Below the pieces are notes generated by a model. It had not been told where the DNA came from, did not search any database, and worked only from the letters and a program-made list of their open reading frames with translations. From Alphaproteobacteria bacterium (GTDB taxonomy: Bacteria; Pseudomonadota; Alphaproteobacteria; UBA7887): a stretch of 64,000 nucleotides of DNA. Of this stretch, positions 53,185 through 63,685 are shown piece by piece; within the stretch, counting starts at the first letter, position 1; the number at the start of each line of letters is the position of its first letter. Where the stretch lies: positions 3,968,001 through 4,032,000 of the forward strand of contig CBDCGL010000011.1 of the NCBI GenBank assembly GCA_965216755.1. The letters are read 5' to 3'. A program made the translations under genes and the position numbers.

Positions 53185-54438
53185 TTGTTGGGTGGGCATA
53201 GGGTGCGAAATGATTTGATTGCCGCACTGGACGTTGGCACATCGAAAGTCTGTTGCCTTATTGCGGCGACGGATGGTGATGGCGACGTGCGCGTTGTTGG
53301 TATCGGACACCAACTCGCGCGCGGTCTGCGCAGTGGTGCCATCGTCGACATGGAAGCCGCCGAAGAGTCTGTTCGGGCCGCGGTTCACGCCGCCGAAGAG
53401 ATGGCGGGCGATACCATTAATGGCGTGGCCCTGAATGTCGGCGGTGGCCAGCTCACCTCGCATGCCGTGAATGTCGAAATGGCAATCGGTGGCCACGAAG
53501 TCAGCGATGGCGATGTCCAGCGCGTGCTCGATGAAGGGCGGGGCGCCAATGATCGTCGCGACCAGGCGGTTATTCATACCCTACCGGTTGGTTACGCCAT
53601 TGATGGTGTGAATGGCATTCGCGATCCGCGCGGTATGAGTGGCGAAAAGCTGGGTGTCCGGCTGAACGTTGTGACGACGGCGCGCGGGCCTGCGCGAAAT
53701 CTGGTGGCTTGTGTCGGGCATTGTCATTTGGACGTGGATATGTTGGTTGCCGCGCCTTATGCGTCAAGTCTAGCATGCTTGGTCGAAGACGAAATGCGGC
53801 TCGGCGTGACCTGTATCGATTTGGGGGCGGGTACAACAACATTTGCGGTTTTCGTTGACGGTGAAATGGTGCATTTGGACGCGCTGCCGATCGGCGGCCA
53901 GCACATCACCAATGATATCGCCCGCGGATTGTCGACACCGGTGGTTGCGGCGGAGCGATTGAAGACGCTTTTTGGCAGCCCCATCGCGGCGTCAGCCGAT
54001 TTCCGCGAGCTGATCGAAATCCCTCAAGTCGGCGAAAGTGACAATGGGACAGGCAATCATTTGCCGCGGTCATCGTTGGTTCGCATCGTCCGCGCGCGAA
54101 TCGAAGAAACGTTTGAGCTCGTGCGCTCGCGACTTGACGGTGCCGGTGTGGCACGTGCCGCTGGTCGCCGCGTGGTGTTGACCGGCGGCGGCAGCCAGCT
54201 TAGCGGCATTCGCGAAGCGGCGGCGCAAATTCTCAACAAGCAGGTGCGGTTGGCGCGGCCAACGGTCTTACCTGGCTTGACCGAGGCCGCGCGCGGCCCG
54301 GCCTTCGCCGCTTGTGCGGGGCTTTTGGTCTACGCGGCGAAACAAGATATGCCGAAGCCAGATCGGGCGCATCGGGTGGCGCGTAGCGCCAGCGGTCGGT
54401 TTAGCCGATTTGGCCAATGGCTTCGGGAGAACTTTTGA
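53185..54438 (+). CDS. ftsA: Cell division protein FtsA
   Basis: LDVGTSKV, IDLGAGTT, GGQHITNDIA, VLTGGG, C-terminal amphipathic WLRENF. Confidence 0.97.
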   Translation: MLGGHRVRNDLIAALDVGTSKVCCLIAATDGDGDVRVVGIGHQLARGLRSGAIVDMEAAEESVRAAVHAAEEMAGDTINGVALNVGGGQLTSHAVNVEMAIGGHEVSDGDVQRVLDEGRGANDRRDQAVIHTLPVGYAIDGVNGIRDPRGMSGEKLGVRLNVVTTARGPARNLVACVGHCHLDVDMLVAAPYASSLACLVEDEMRLGVTCIDLGAGTTTFAVFVDGEMVHLDALPIGGQHITNDIARGLSTPVVAAERLKTLFGSPIAASADFRELIEIPQVGESDNGTGNHLPRSSLVRIVRARIEETFELVRSRLDGAGVARAAGRRVVLTGGGSQLSGIREAAAQILNKQVRLARPTVLPGLTEAARGPAFAACAGLLVYAAKQDMPKPDRAHRVARSASGRFSRFGQWLRENF

Positions 54439-54519
54439 TGGTTGGGGCACGAATGGCAGTCAGCCGCCGAGCTGCGTTCGCGTCGGGGGATGTTATCGGG
54501 GCAATTCTTGGAGGCATGT

Positions 54520-56124
54520 ATGACAATCAACCTGAGCGTTCCGGTGACCCACGAACTCAAACCTAAAATTACGGTTATCGGTGTCGGCGGCGCCGGTGGG
54601 AATGCCGTAAATAATATGATTACGGCGCATCTTGAGGGCGTCGAATTTGTCGTCGCCAATACCGATGCCCAAGCTTTGGCCCAGTCCTTGACCGAACGAC
54701 GCGTTCAATTGGGTGCCATGCTTACCCAAGGTTTGGGCGCCGGCGCCCGGCCCGAGGTTGGTCGCGCCGCGGCTGAAGAAGGTCTCGATACATTGATGGA
54801 CCATATTCAAGGCGCCAACATGGTGTTCATCACCGCCGGTATGGGCGGCGGAACCGGCACGGGCGGTGCGCCGGTCATCGCTCAGTCGGCGCGCGATCAA
54901 GGCGTTTTGACGGTGGGGGTGGTGACCAAGCCATTTCACTTCGAAGGCCAGCAGCGCATGCGCATTGCGGAAGAGGGAATCGACGAACTACAGCGCTGTG
55001 TTGATACGCTGATCGTGATTCCAAACCAAAACCTGTTCCGTATCGCCAACGAAAAGACCACGTTCGGCGAGGCCTTCAAGATGGCCGACGATGTTCTTTA
55101 TTCGGGCGTCCGCGGCGTTACCGATTTGATGGTCATGCCCGGTCTGATCAATCTCGATTTTGCCGATGTCCGTTCAGTGATGATGGAAATGGGCAAGGCG
55201 ATGATGGGTACCGGCGAGGCCGAGGGCGAAAGGCGGGCCTTGGATGCGGCCGAGGCGGCGATCAACAATCCGCTGTTGGATGATGTCTCGCTAAAAGGCG
55301 CGCGGGGTGTTCTGGTCAATATTACGGGCGGCCCCGACATGACCCTGTATGAGGTTGACGAGAGTTGTAACCACATCCGCGATCAGGTTGATTCGGACGC
55401 CAGTATTATTTTTGGCTCAACATTCGACGAACAATTGGCTGGCCGGGTCCGGGTATCCGTGGTGGCGACTGGCATTGAAGCGGACGTTGCGACCGTGGGC
55501 GACATCAGCGAGCCGGTCGCGAATATCCAGCGCGCCCAGAATATCGTGCTGCCCATGACCGCGCCTGCGGACCAAGCAAAGACCGGGGTCATTGACGAAT
55601 TGCCGCGCGCGAAGCCAACCGCGCCAAAGATCGTCGAAGCGCCGACGGTGCCGGCAGATGACGCGGCTGCGGCTGCGGATTCAGGCCGGCCGGTTGCTGC
55701 ACCGGCCGTTGCCCGTGCCGATGCGCCCGCGAAACGCAACCCTTTGCGCATTGAGCCGGTGGTCGAAGGACGTGCCGGTTCGATGGACGGAAGTTTCATT
55801 CCGCCGCGTCCGATAGAGCCTGCCAAACCGGCGGCATCGGTGGCCAAGACGGAGACACCGGCGACTGAAAGCCCTTCCGCGCCGGTTCCGACGGTGCAAG
55901 ACCACCAGGAACTCGAACCGCGGTCAGGGCAATCGGGAGCCCGGCTGGGATTGTTTGAACGCATGACCCGCGGCGGGTTGGCGCGTACCGAGAGCCGTAC
56001 GGATCGTCGTCCGGAACCGGTATTGGAAATGGTCGAAGGGACGACGAATTCGTCTCAAGGGAAGCCGGAGACCGAAGCAGATTTGATCGACATCCCCGCT
56101 TTCTTGCGCCGTCAATCAAACTGA
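54520..56124 (+). CDS. ftsZ: Cell division GTPase FtsZ (long linker)
   Basis: GGGTGTG, NLDFAD, C-terminal [10 protein letters not shown]; GGAGG RBS. Confidence 0.98.
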   Translation: MTINLSVPVTHELKPKITVIGVGGAGGNAVNNMITAHLEGVEFVVANTDAQALAQSLTERRVQLGAMLTQGLGAGARPEVGRAAAEEGLDTLMDHIQGANMVFITAGMGGGTGTGGAPVIAQSARDQGVLTVGVVTKPFHFEGQQRMRIAEEGIDELQRCVDTLIVIPNQNLFRIANEKTTFGEAFKMADDVLYSGVRGVTDLMVMPGLINLDFADVRSVMMEMGKAMMGTGEAEGERRALDAAEAAINNPLLDDVSLKGARGVLVNITGGPDMTLYEVDESCNHIRDQVDSDASIIFGSTFDEQLAGRVRVSVVATGIEADVATVGDISEPVANIQRAQNIVLPMTAPADQAKTGVIDELPRAKPTAPKIVEAPTVPADDAAAAADSGRPVAAPAVARADAPAKRNPLRIEPVVEGRAGSMDGSFIPPRPIEPAKPAASVAKTETPATESPSAPVPTVQDHQELEPRSGQSGARLGLFERMTRGGLARTESRTDRRPEPVLEMVEGTTNSSQGKPETEADLIDIPAFLRRQSN

Positions 56125-56356
56125 GTCCTGTCATTGCGGACCGCCGGTACGGCCGCTGTAACATTCTGTAACAAAGCGTGATTTGTAAGCTCCGGAGGGC
56201 TTTGCTAAATGCCCCCGGAGCGTTCTTTATGCGTATCCGTAACAGGGGCAATCTCAGAGCGGCATGATGCCGGCTCTGGGTTCGTGACGGGAACAGGATC
56301 GTTGGGCAGGGGGCTGCTTGTAGCTCTCGCTCCATAGTGGGGGAAGCAAGATCGTT

Positions 56357-57319
56357 TTGAACGCGGTGACCGACGGGGGCGCCACCCGAAAAGCGGTGCT
56401 TCGGCCGACGAAAGTTGCGCGGCAACGCACGCTGAAAAACGCAGTCAATTGTATCGGTATTGGGTTACACAGCGGTGTGCGCGTCGCCATGACATTGCGG
56501 CCGGCCGCTGCCGATACGGGAATTGTTTTTGTTCGCACCGATCTGGGTGGCGCGAGTATCCCGGCAAACTATGACCGGGTCTGCGACACCCGGCTGGGGA
56601 CCACCGTTCGCGGTGACAATGGAGTCAGTGTCGCCACCGTTGAGCATCTGATGGCCGCGCTGTGGGGGTGCGGCATCGACAATCTCTATGTCGAGCTCGA
56701 TGGACCCGAAGTGCCGGTGATGGACGGTAGCGCAGCGCCATTCGTGTTTCTGGTCGAGTGCGCTGGACAGATTGAACAAGACTCGCCGCGCCACGCGCTG
56801 CGTGTGCGCAAGACCGTCAGTGTCGAAGGCCAAGGCGGCCGTCTCTCGATCCAGCCTGCGGACGGATTTTCGGTGTCCTTCGAGATCGAGTTTCCCCAAA
56901 GTGCCGTCGCCAGCCAAACGTTTTGGTTCGGCGACCGCGATGGCGCGTTTAAAGCCGATCTCAGTCGCGCCCGAACCTTCGGCTTTTTTGAGGATGTATC
57001 CGCGTTGCAGGCGGCCGGATTGGCGCTTGGCGGTTCATTGGACAACGCGGTGGTCGTGCATCGCGACCAGGTCCTGAACGAAGAGGGACTTCGCTATGCA
57101 AACGAGTTTGTGCGCCACAAGGTGCTGGACTGCATCGGCGACCTTTATTTGTCCGGCGCCATGATTATGGGTCACGTAACCGCGGTCCGATCGGGTCATG
57201 ATCTCAACAACCAGCTCTTGCACGCGCTATTCGCCGATGAGACAAATTTTCGTCACGGATTTGGCGTGCCGCGCCGGACCGTGCCGCGGTCTAGCGAAGC
57301 GGTAAGCGCCATAGGCTAA
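56357..57319 (+). CDS. lpxC: UDP-3-O-acyl-GlcNAc deacetylase
   Basis: GIGLHSG, TVEHLMAAL, ARTFGF, RHKVLD. Confidence 0.97.
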   Translation: MNAVTDGGATRKAVLRPTKVARQRTLKNAVNCIGIGLHSGVRVAMTLRPAAADTGIVFVRTDLGGASIPANYDRVCDTRLGTTVRGDNGVSVATVEHLMAALWGCGIDNLYVELDGPEVPVMDGSAAPFVFLVECAGQIEQDSPRHALRVRKTVSVEGQGGRLSIQPADGFSVSFEIEFPQSAVASQTFWFGDRDGAFKADLSRARTFGFFEDVSALQAAGLALGGSLDNAVVVHRDQVLNEEGLRYANEFVRHKVLDCIGDLYLSGAMIMGHVTAVRSGHDLNNQLLHALFADETNFRHGFGVPRRTVPRSSEAVSAIG

Positions 57320-57520
57320 AGTCGCGGGCTGAAAAGATCCCCGATCGAGACCTCATTTCTCAAGTAAGGCGTCGCGCCCGCTGAACCGGTGTCCGTGCGG
57401 TTGCGCACTTACTTTGCCGGCGCGTTATTGTAATCTTGAGATGGGGTCGACGTGGTTTGTCGTTGGCCCGACGGGTCTTTCCGGAACCCATATTGATTTC
57501 AGTGAGAAACGGCGGGCGAC

Positions 57521-58510
57521 GTGTCTAGTACGGATCGGTTTGAGCTACGCGGGCGACGGGTTTGGGTCGCCGGTCATCGGGGCATGGTCGGCGCGGCCAT
57601 CGCACGTCGCTTGGCTACAGAATCGTGCGAAATTGTCACGGTCGGGCGCGAGAGTGTCGACTTGCGCAATCAAGCTGATGTGCGTGCATGGCTCGAAAAT
57701 GAGCGGCCCGATGTGATTTTCATGGCGGCGGCCACTGTCGGCGGTATTTTGGCCAACGATACGCGGCCGGCAGAATTCCTTTATGACAACCTTGCGATTG
57801 AGACCAATGTCATCCACGGTGCCTGGCGGGCCAACGTGCGAAAGCTAGTTTTTTTAGGGTCAACGTGCATTTACCCGCGCTTGGCGCCCCAGCCGATTGC
57901 CGAAGACAGTTTACTCACCGGGCCCTTAGAGCCGACCAATCAATGGTATGCCATCGCCAAAATCGCCGGCATCAAGCTATGCGACGCGTACCGACGCCAA
58001 TATGGCTGCGATTTCATTTCGGCTCAGCCAACCAATCTTTACGGTCCCCACGACAATTTCGATCTCCAGGGCAGCCATGTCTTGCCGGCGCTGATGCGCA
58101 AAGCGCATGAGGCGAAGGTGGCCGGGGCCAAGGACATGGTTGTTTGGGGCAGCGGCAAGCCCTTGCGCGAATTTCTGCATGTGGATGATTTGGCGGATGC
58201 ATTGGTTTTTCTGGCCAAGAATTTCAGCAATGAAGGCCCGATCAATGTCGGCAGTGGCGAGGAGGTCTCAATTCGCGCCTTGGCGGAACAGGTGGCGGCG
58301 ACCGTTGGGTTTGAGGGGACATTGGCCTTTGATACCGGCAAACCAGATGGCACACCGCGAAAATTGACCGACGTGACGCGCTTGCACGAACTTGGTTGGC
58401 GGGCGCGGATCGGCTTGGCTGATGGCTTGCAGTCGACTTATGCCTGGTTCCTGGCGCATGTGGCGACGGGCGCCCATTCGGGTGCGGCGGTGGAGGTGTT
58501 GCCGCCGTGA
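57521..58510 (+). CDS. fcl: GDP-L-fucose synthase family epimerase/reductase
   Basis: GHRGMVG, GSTCIYP, YAIAK, PTNLYG, SHVLPAL, PDGTPRK. Confidence 0.93.
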   Translation: MSSTDRFELRGRRVWVAGHRGMVGAAIARRLATESCEIVTVGRESVDLRNQADVRAWLENERPDVIFMAAATVGGILANDTRPAEFLYDNLAIETNVIHGAWRANVRKLVFLGSTCIYPRLAPQPIAEDSLLTGPLEPTNQWYAIAKIAGIKLCDAYRRQYGCDFISAQPTNLYGPHDNFDLQGSHVLPALMRKAHEAKVAGAKDMVVWGSGKPLREFLHVDDLADALVFLAKNFSNEGPINVGSGEEVSIRALAEQVAATVGFEGTLAFDTGKPDGTPRKLTDVTRLHELGWRARIGLADGLQSTYAWFLAHVATGAHSGAAVEVLPP

Positions 58511-59205
58511 TCGCGGCCGCCGCCGTCGGGCAGGCGGATCTCGACGGTTTCTCAGGTCATCTTGCCGACGGTGTCGGCCTATGGCGACAAGTTGGTGTGC
58601 GGCCGGCGCGCACCGATCCGGTGCCGGCGTTGTTTCTGGATCGTGATGGGGTGATCGTCGAAGAGGTCGGCCATCTCCACCGAGTCGCCGACGCGCGCTT
58701 GATCGAACCAATAATGAACGTGATCCGGCGGTGCAATCAGCGCGAGGTGCCGGTGGTTGTGGTTACAAATCAATCGGGCGTTGGCCGAGGGCTATTCGAC
58801 TGGCGTGACTTTGCGGCCGTGCAGAATTGGATCGTGGCGACCCTGGCGGCGCATGCCGCCCACGTCGACATGGTGTTGGCCTGCGGCTACCACGACGTGG
58901 CCTTGCCGCCATTGAATATCGGCGCCCACAGTTGGCGCAAGCCGGCGCCGGGCATGCTGCTGGAAGCCGCGGAAACCTTGAAGATCGACCTGCCCCGGTC
59001 GTGGATTGTCGGCGATCGCGGCACCGACATGGAAGCCGGCCGGGCGGCCGGGCTGGCCGGCGGATTGCACGTCCGCACGGGCCATGGCCGCCACGATGTG
59101 TCGGCCGCCAAGGCGGTGGGGACCGCGGGCTTCAATGTCCGGTTCGGCGCGGACGTGGCCGCCATAATGGACCTTATGCCCGCTCTCGCCGGCGCAGACC
59201 TTTAG
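58507..59205 (+). CDS. gmhB: Heptose-1,7-bisphosphate phosphatase (HAD-IIIA)
   Basis: FLDRDGV, TNQSG, RKPAPGM, VGDR; Zn-binding Cys set incomplete. Confidence 0.87.
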   Translation: MIAAAAVGQADLDGFSGHLADGVGLWRQVGVRPARTDPVPALFLDRDGVIVEEVGHLHRVADARLIEPIMNVIRRCNQREVPVVVVTNQSGVGRGLFDWRDFAAVQNWIVATLAAHAAHVDMVLACGYHDVALPPLNIGAHSWRKPAPGMLLEAAETLKIDLPRSWIVGDRGTDMEAGRAAGLAGGLHVRTGHGRHDVSAAKAVGTAGFNVRFGADVAAIMDLMPALAGADL

Positions 59206-59962
59206 CCGGCGGCGTCTCAAGCACGAACAATGCGCGCAAACCGACATGGCGCATGAGCCACTGCGGCAGACACTTTTCCATGTAGATCAGCGCTTTAATT
59301 ATGGCTCTGGGAGCGCCCCAACGCTGAAATCCGCCTGTTGCGAGATAGGCTAGGGCGCCAAAGACCTCGCAGTGGATTAGCTTGAAGCCCACGGCGTGGT
59401 CAGGCCATCGGTTGGCTTGATCCGCCAAAACGGCCTTCGGAATCCATGCATTGCCAGCCATGGGATCCTTGTCGGGCGGCAGCGCCTGCCGCCACGGGTC
59501 GTCAACCCGCGCGCAGCTCTCGTGGTGGACATGGCGATAGAACAGCCATCCCAACGTGCCGGCCCAGGGCTCGATCAAAATAAGTCGACCGGAACGCGCG
59601 AGGATACGCGTGGCTTCGGTCAGTGCCGATTCCGGTCGCGCCAAATGGTGCAGAACATCCACAGCGACGATGTTCGTGAAATGGCCGCCGGCGAAGGGCA
59701 GCGCGTGCGCATCGGCTTGAACCGTAATTTTCGGCGCCGCCGTCAGGTCGACGGCGATCCAGTGCGGGTCGTCACTTGTCATCAGACCCGGCCCCGCGCC
59801 AAGCTCCAAGGTCGGCCCTGCTGTCATATGCTTGCGGATACGTGCGAAGATTTGTGTGCGGTAATACCATCGAAGACCGGCCTTTTCGTCCCAGATTCTC
59901 CTATGCTGGCCGATCCATTCGGGGATGTGGGTTCCGCTCGGTGATGACGTCAGCACGGCCAC
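59174..59962 (-). CDS. Class I SAM-dependent methyltransferase
   Basis: LELGAGPG, ADAHALPF, DVLHHL, LIEPW. Confidence 0.85.
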   Translation of the reverse strand: MAVLTSSPSGTHIPEWIGQHRRIWDEKAGLRWYYRTQIFARIRKHMTAGPTLELGAGPGLMTSDDPHWIAVDLTAAPKITVQADAHALPFAGGHFTNIVAVDVLHHLARPESALTEATRILARSGRLILIEPWAGTLGWLFYRHVHHESCARVDDPWRQALPPDKDPMAGNAWIPKAVLADQANRWPDHAVGFKLIHCEVFGALAYLATGGFQRWGAPRAIIKALIYMEKCLPQWLMRHVGLRALFVLETPPAKGLRRRERA

Positions 59963-60040
59963 GACACGCGTGCGCTTGATAACGGGTCGAGATATCTTGC
60001 GTCTGTCACAATCGCAGGCTCAGATGGTAGGTCCGCCGGC

Positions 60041-60607
60041 ATGTCATTGCACGCATATTTCCAGTCGACCATCGGCAGCTTGACTGCGTGTCTCGATGCC
60101 GGTCTTGACGCGCCGACCAGCGCCGCGATCGACGTCGTCGTGGCGGCGTTGGCGGCCGGTCACCCGCTGTTGATCTGTGGCAACGGCGGATCCGCAACCG
60201 ATGCCAACCATATCGCCGGCGAACTGGTGGGGCGCTACCGGCGCGAGCGGCGCGGCCTCAAGGCGATTGCCTTGACCGCGGATCCGGCTGTCATAACCGC
60301 GTGGAGCAACGATTATGGTTTCGACGGTGTATTTGCCCGGCAAGTCGAAGCTTTGGGCGCGCCGGGCGGCGTCGTCATGGGGTTGAGCACCAGCGGTAAT
60401 TCCGAAAACGTCGTCCGAGCTCTGGACGTCGCACGTCACAACGACATGACCACGATCGCTTTGACAGGCGCGGGTGGCGGCCGCTTGGCGCCGCTGGCAG
60501 ACATCCTGATCGCCGTGCCGGCGGACGAAACCGCACGTGTTCAGGAACTGCACACGGTCCTCTATCACTATATGTGCGAGAATATCGAGCGCCGGTTGGC
60601 GGCGTAG
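60041..60607 (+). CDS. gmhA: Phosphoheptose isomerase
   Basis: CGNGGS, NDYG, STSGNS, QELH. Confidence 0.92.
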   Translation: MSLHAYFQSTIGSLTACLDAGLDAPTSAAIDVVVAALAAGHPLLICGNGGSATDANHIAGELVGRYRRERRGLKAIALTADPAVITAWSNDYGFDGVFARQVEALGAPGGVVMGLSTSGNSENVVRALDVARHNDMTTIALTGAGGGRLAPLADILIAVPADETARVQELHTVLYHYMCENIERRLAA

Positions 60608-60625
60608 CCCGGTAACGGCCTGTGC

Positions 60626-61183
60626 CTATTCACCTTCGAACTCGCACAGTGTGAACACCGCGTAGCCGGCCGACTCCAGGCGTGCCCGCCCGCCGATATC
60701 GGGCAGGTCGACAACAAAACAAAACTCGACGACTTCGCCGCCTGATTGCTCAATCAGATGGGCGGCGGCCAGCGCGGTTCCACCGGTCGCGATCAGATCG
60801 TCGATCACCAACACGCGTTCGCCGGCGAGGATCGCGTCTTTGTGCACCTCGACGGCGTCGGTACCGTATTCCAGATCATAGTGGTGCTCGAGCGTATCGC
60901 CCGGCAACTTGCCGTGTTTTCGAATGGGGATGAAGCCAAGACCAAGCTGATGGGCGACTGGCGCCCCAATAATGAAGCCGCGCGCTTCGATGCCTGCAAT
61001 TTTGTCGATCTGTCCGCCCGTATAGCGATTGACGATATCATTGACCATCGTCCGCAATCCCTGGGCATCGCCAATCAATGTGGTGATGTCGCGAAACATG
61101 ATGCCGGGCTTGGGATAGTCCGGGATCGTTCGAATCCTCTGCCGAAGCGCTTGGCTATTTGGCGCAGGCGGTGTCTTGGTCAT
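60626..61183 (-). CDS. apt: Adenine phosphoribosyltransferase
   Basis: PDYPKPGIMFRDIT, EARGF, LEYG, VIDDLIATGGT. Confidence 0.97.
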   Translation of the reverse strand: MTKTPPAPNSQALRQRIRTIPDYPKPGIMFRDITTLIGDAQGLRTMVNDIVNRYTGGQIDKIAGIEARGFIIGAPVAHQLGLGFIPIRKHGKLPGDTLEHHYDLEYGTDAVEVHKDAILAGERVLVIDDLIATGGTALAAAHLIEQSGGEVVEFCFVVDLPDIGGRARLESAGYAVFTLCEFEGE

Positions 61184-61366
61184 GGTCTATGCTCCGTCTC
61201 AGGAACGCTTGGACGCGGGCAATTCCGCGCATAGAATAGCCGCCGTCCGCCAAGCCGGCCAGTCGAGTTATGGCGGCCACACGGACGACAGCCGGCTATT
61301 GCGCGCGGTCCTGTCGCCGCGGTACCCCGAACAGGAGCCGCCCATAACCATGACCGGTAGACGTCT

Positions 61367-62629
61367 ATGAATATCCGACGCGTAGCGGTCGTCGGTTTGG
61401 GCTATGTCGGACTGCCATTGGCAGTGGCCCTGGCGCGCCACGTGACCGTTGCCGGTTACGATATTGCTGCCCGGCGGATCAAAGAATTGTCGTCTGGTTT
61501 CGATCGATCTGGCGAGGTCGACCGCGCTGCCCTGGACCAGGTCGAAATCGCATATACCAACGATCCAGCGGCGATTTCCGGCTACGATGCCTATCTGATT
61601 ACGGTGCCCACACCGGTTGACAGTGCCTGCCAGCCGGACCTGTCCGCTGTCGCCATGGCCTGCGAATATGTCGGCCGCGCCATGGCGCCGGGCGCCATCG
61701 TGGTGTTGGAGTCGACGGTTTACCCGGGCACGACCGAAGAATTTTGCGGACCCATTCTTGCGCGCGCATCTGGGCTGGCTTTGGGCTCTGATTTCTATCT
61801 TGGCTACTCGCCCGAGCGGATCAATCCCGGCGATCCGAACCATGGATTGGGCACGGTCACCAAAGTGGTCGCGGGCCAAACCGCGGATGTCCTGCGGGCG
61901 CTGACCGCGCTTTACCGGAAAATCGGTCCTGTCCACGAGGCCGAGTCGCTCCGTGTGGCGGAGGCGGCCAAAGTCATCGAGAATGCTCAGCGCGACATCA
62001 ATATTGCCTTTGTGAATGAACTTTCGCTTATTTTTCATAAACTTGGAATTGATACGACGGCCGTATTGCGGGCGGCACGTAGCAAGTGGAATTTCGCGCC
62101 CTATGCGCCGGGTCTGGTCGGTGGCCATTGTATTGGCGTTGATCCCTATTACCTGACATTCGCCGCCCAGCGTGCTGGCTATCATCCGGAAGTCATTCTT
62201 GCCGGCCGCAAGATCAACGACAACATGGGAAAGTATGTGGGTGGCGAGATCGCACGCGTGATGGTGCGCAACGGTTTGCGCCGGCGCGCGCTGGTGTTAG
62301 GCATCGCTTTTAAGGAGAATGTGCGCGACGTGCGCAATTCAGGGGCCGTTGGCGTTGTTCGAGAATTGCAGGAATATGGCATCGCTGTCGACGTGCATGA
62401 TCCCCTGGCGGATCCGCAAGAGGTCGCCGATGAGTATGATTTGGCTTTGGTGCCGCCGGGCGAAGCTGCCTATGGCGCGGTTGTGTTAACGGTCGGCCAC
62501 CAGGAATTCCAAGCTTGGGATGTTGAAAAGATTGAGACCCTGCTGGAGCCCGGAGGGGTAGTAGCGGATGTACGCGGCGTGTGGCAGGATCACGTGTTCT
62601 CGCCGGAGACCCAGTTGTGGCGGTTATAG
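61367..62629 (+). CDS. UDP-HexNAc 6-dehydrogenase (TviB/WbpO-like)
   Basis: GLGYVGLP, ESTVYPG, SPERINPG, KVIENAQRD, GGHCIGVDPYYL. Confidence 0.92.
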   Translation: MNIRRVAVVGLGYVGLPLAVALARHVTVAGYDIAARRIKELSSGFDRSGEVDRAALDQVEIAYTNDPAAISGYDAYLITVPTPVDSACQPDLSAVAMACEYVGRAMAPGAIVVLESTVYPGTTEEFCGPILARASGLALGSDFYLGYSPERINPGDPNHGLGTVTKVVAGQTADVLRALTALYRKIGPVHEAESLRVAEAAKVIENAQRDINIAFVNELSLIFHKLGIDTTAVLRAARSKWNFAPYAPGLVGGHCIGVDPYYLTFAAQRAGYHPEVILAGRKINDNMGKYVGGEIARVMVRNGLRRRALVLGIAFKENVRDVRNSGAVGVVRELQEYGIAVDVHDPLADPQEVADEYDLALVPPGEAAYGAVVLTVGHQEFQAWDVEKIETLLEPGGVVADVRGVWQDHVFSPETQLWRL

Positions 62630-62649
62630 GGCAATCGAAGGAGGAAACC

Positions 62650-63642
62650 GTGGATGACGTCCAAGTAACGCGTGCATGCGCACCCAAAGGGAAAACAACA
62701 AGCTGGTACGTCTTGCGGGCCTTACGCCTTTTTTGCGTAGGCTGCTGTGCCACACTTCTGGCGACCGCCGTTGCCGCCCAGGAGACCGACCAAGGCCAAG
62801 CGGGCGATGATTCAGCCGAAACCGCGGTTGAGGCCGACACCGAAGCCGCCGCCGAGGCGGTCGCGGATCCGGCTGGCGACGAAGGTGCACTGACGCTGAA
62901 GAGCGGCGTCATAACTTTTGCCAGTGGCAGTCGATATGAAGGCGAACTGCAAAACGGCAAGATGCACGGTCAAGGGACCTTTGCTTACGCCAATGGCGAC
63001 GTCTACGAGGGCGGCTTCGTCGAGGGCGAAATGGAAGGCGATGCAAAATTGACCTTCGCCAATGGCGATGTCTACGAAGGGCAATTTGTTGCCGGCCGCC
63101 GGCAGGGCCAGGGCACGTTAACGTTTGCCACCGGCGACGTGTACGAGGGTAGTTTTGAAGACGGCCAAATGCATGGCGAAGGGACGTTCACGTTCGCCAA
63201 TGGCGATGTCTATGTCGGATCGTTTGCCGAAGGGCTGCGCGAGGGCCAAGGCAAACTCACCTTTGCGCGCGGTGGCACATATGATGGCGGCTTTTCCGCT
63301 GGCGAGATGCACGGCACTGGCGCCTTCACGTTCGAAAATGGCGACATTTACGAAGGTGACTTTGTCAATGGCCGTCGTCACGGCCAGGGCATCTATAAGT
63401 TCGAAAACGGCAATCTTTATGAGGGCGCGTTCAACGAAGGCCAGATACACGGCCAAGGCAAACTGACCCTTTCAAATGGCGACGTGTACGAAGGCGGATT
63501 CAGCAACGGTGTGCAAGATGGCGAGGGGACCTACATTTATGCAGATGGGATCCGTTTTGAGGGAACCTATGTCAACGGTGCGCGCAGCGGTCATGGAGTG
63601 CTGATTTATCCCAATGGCGATCGGGTCGAAGGGGAGTTCTGA
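62650..63642 (+). CDS. Exported MORN-repeat protein
   Basis: AAGGAGG RBS, signal-like segment ending AVAA, acidic linker, ten 23-aa YEGxFxxGxxHGxG repeats. Confidence 0.9.
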   Translation: MDDVQVTRACAPKGKTTSWYVLRALRLFCVGCCATLLATAVAAQETDQGQAGDDSAETAVEADTEAAAEAVADPAGDEGALTLKSGVITFASGSRYEGELQNGKMHGQGTFAYANGDVYEGGFVEGEMEGDAKLTFANGDVYEGQFVAGRRQGQGTLTFATGDVYEGSFEDGQMHGEGTFTFANGDVYVGSFAEGLREGQGKLTFARGGTYDGGFSAGEMHGTGAFTFENGDIYEGDFVNGRRHGQGIYKFENGNLYEGAFNEGQIHGQGKLTLSNGDVYEGGFSNGVQDGEGTYIYADGIRFEGTYVNGARSGHGVLIYPNGDRVEGEF

Positions 63643-63685
63643 CGATCAACACCGACCGCGGTCGCGGGTCGAGGGGGGCAGCGAC

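Noticed and set aside
62930-63640. Periodic DNA repeats as a CRISPR array
   Set aside because: 69-bp degenerate coding repeats (MORN); no constant repeat with unique spacers and no cas genes
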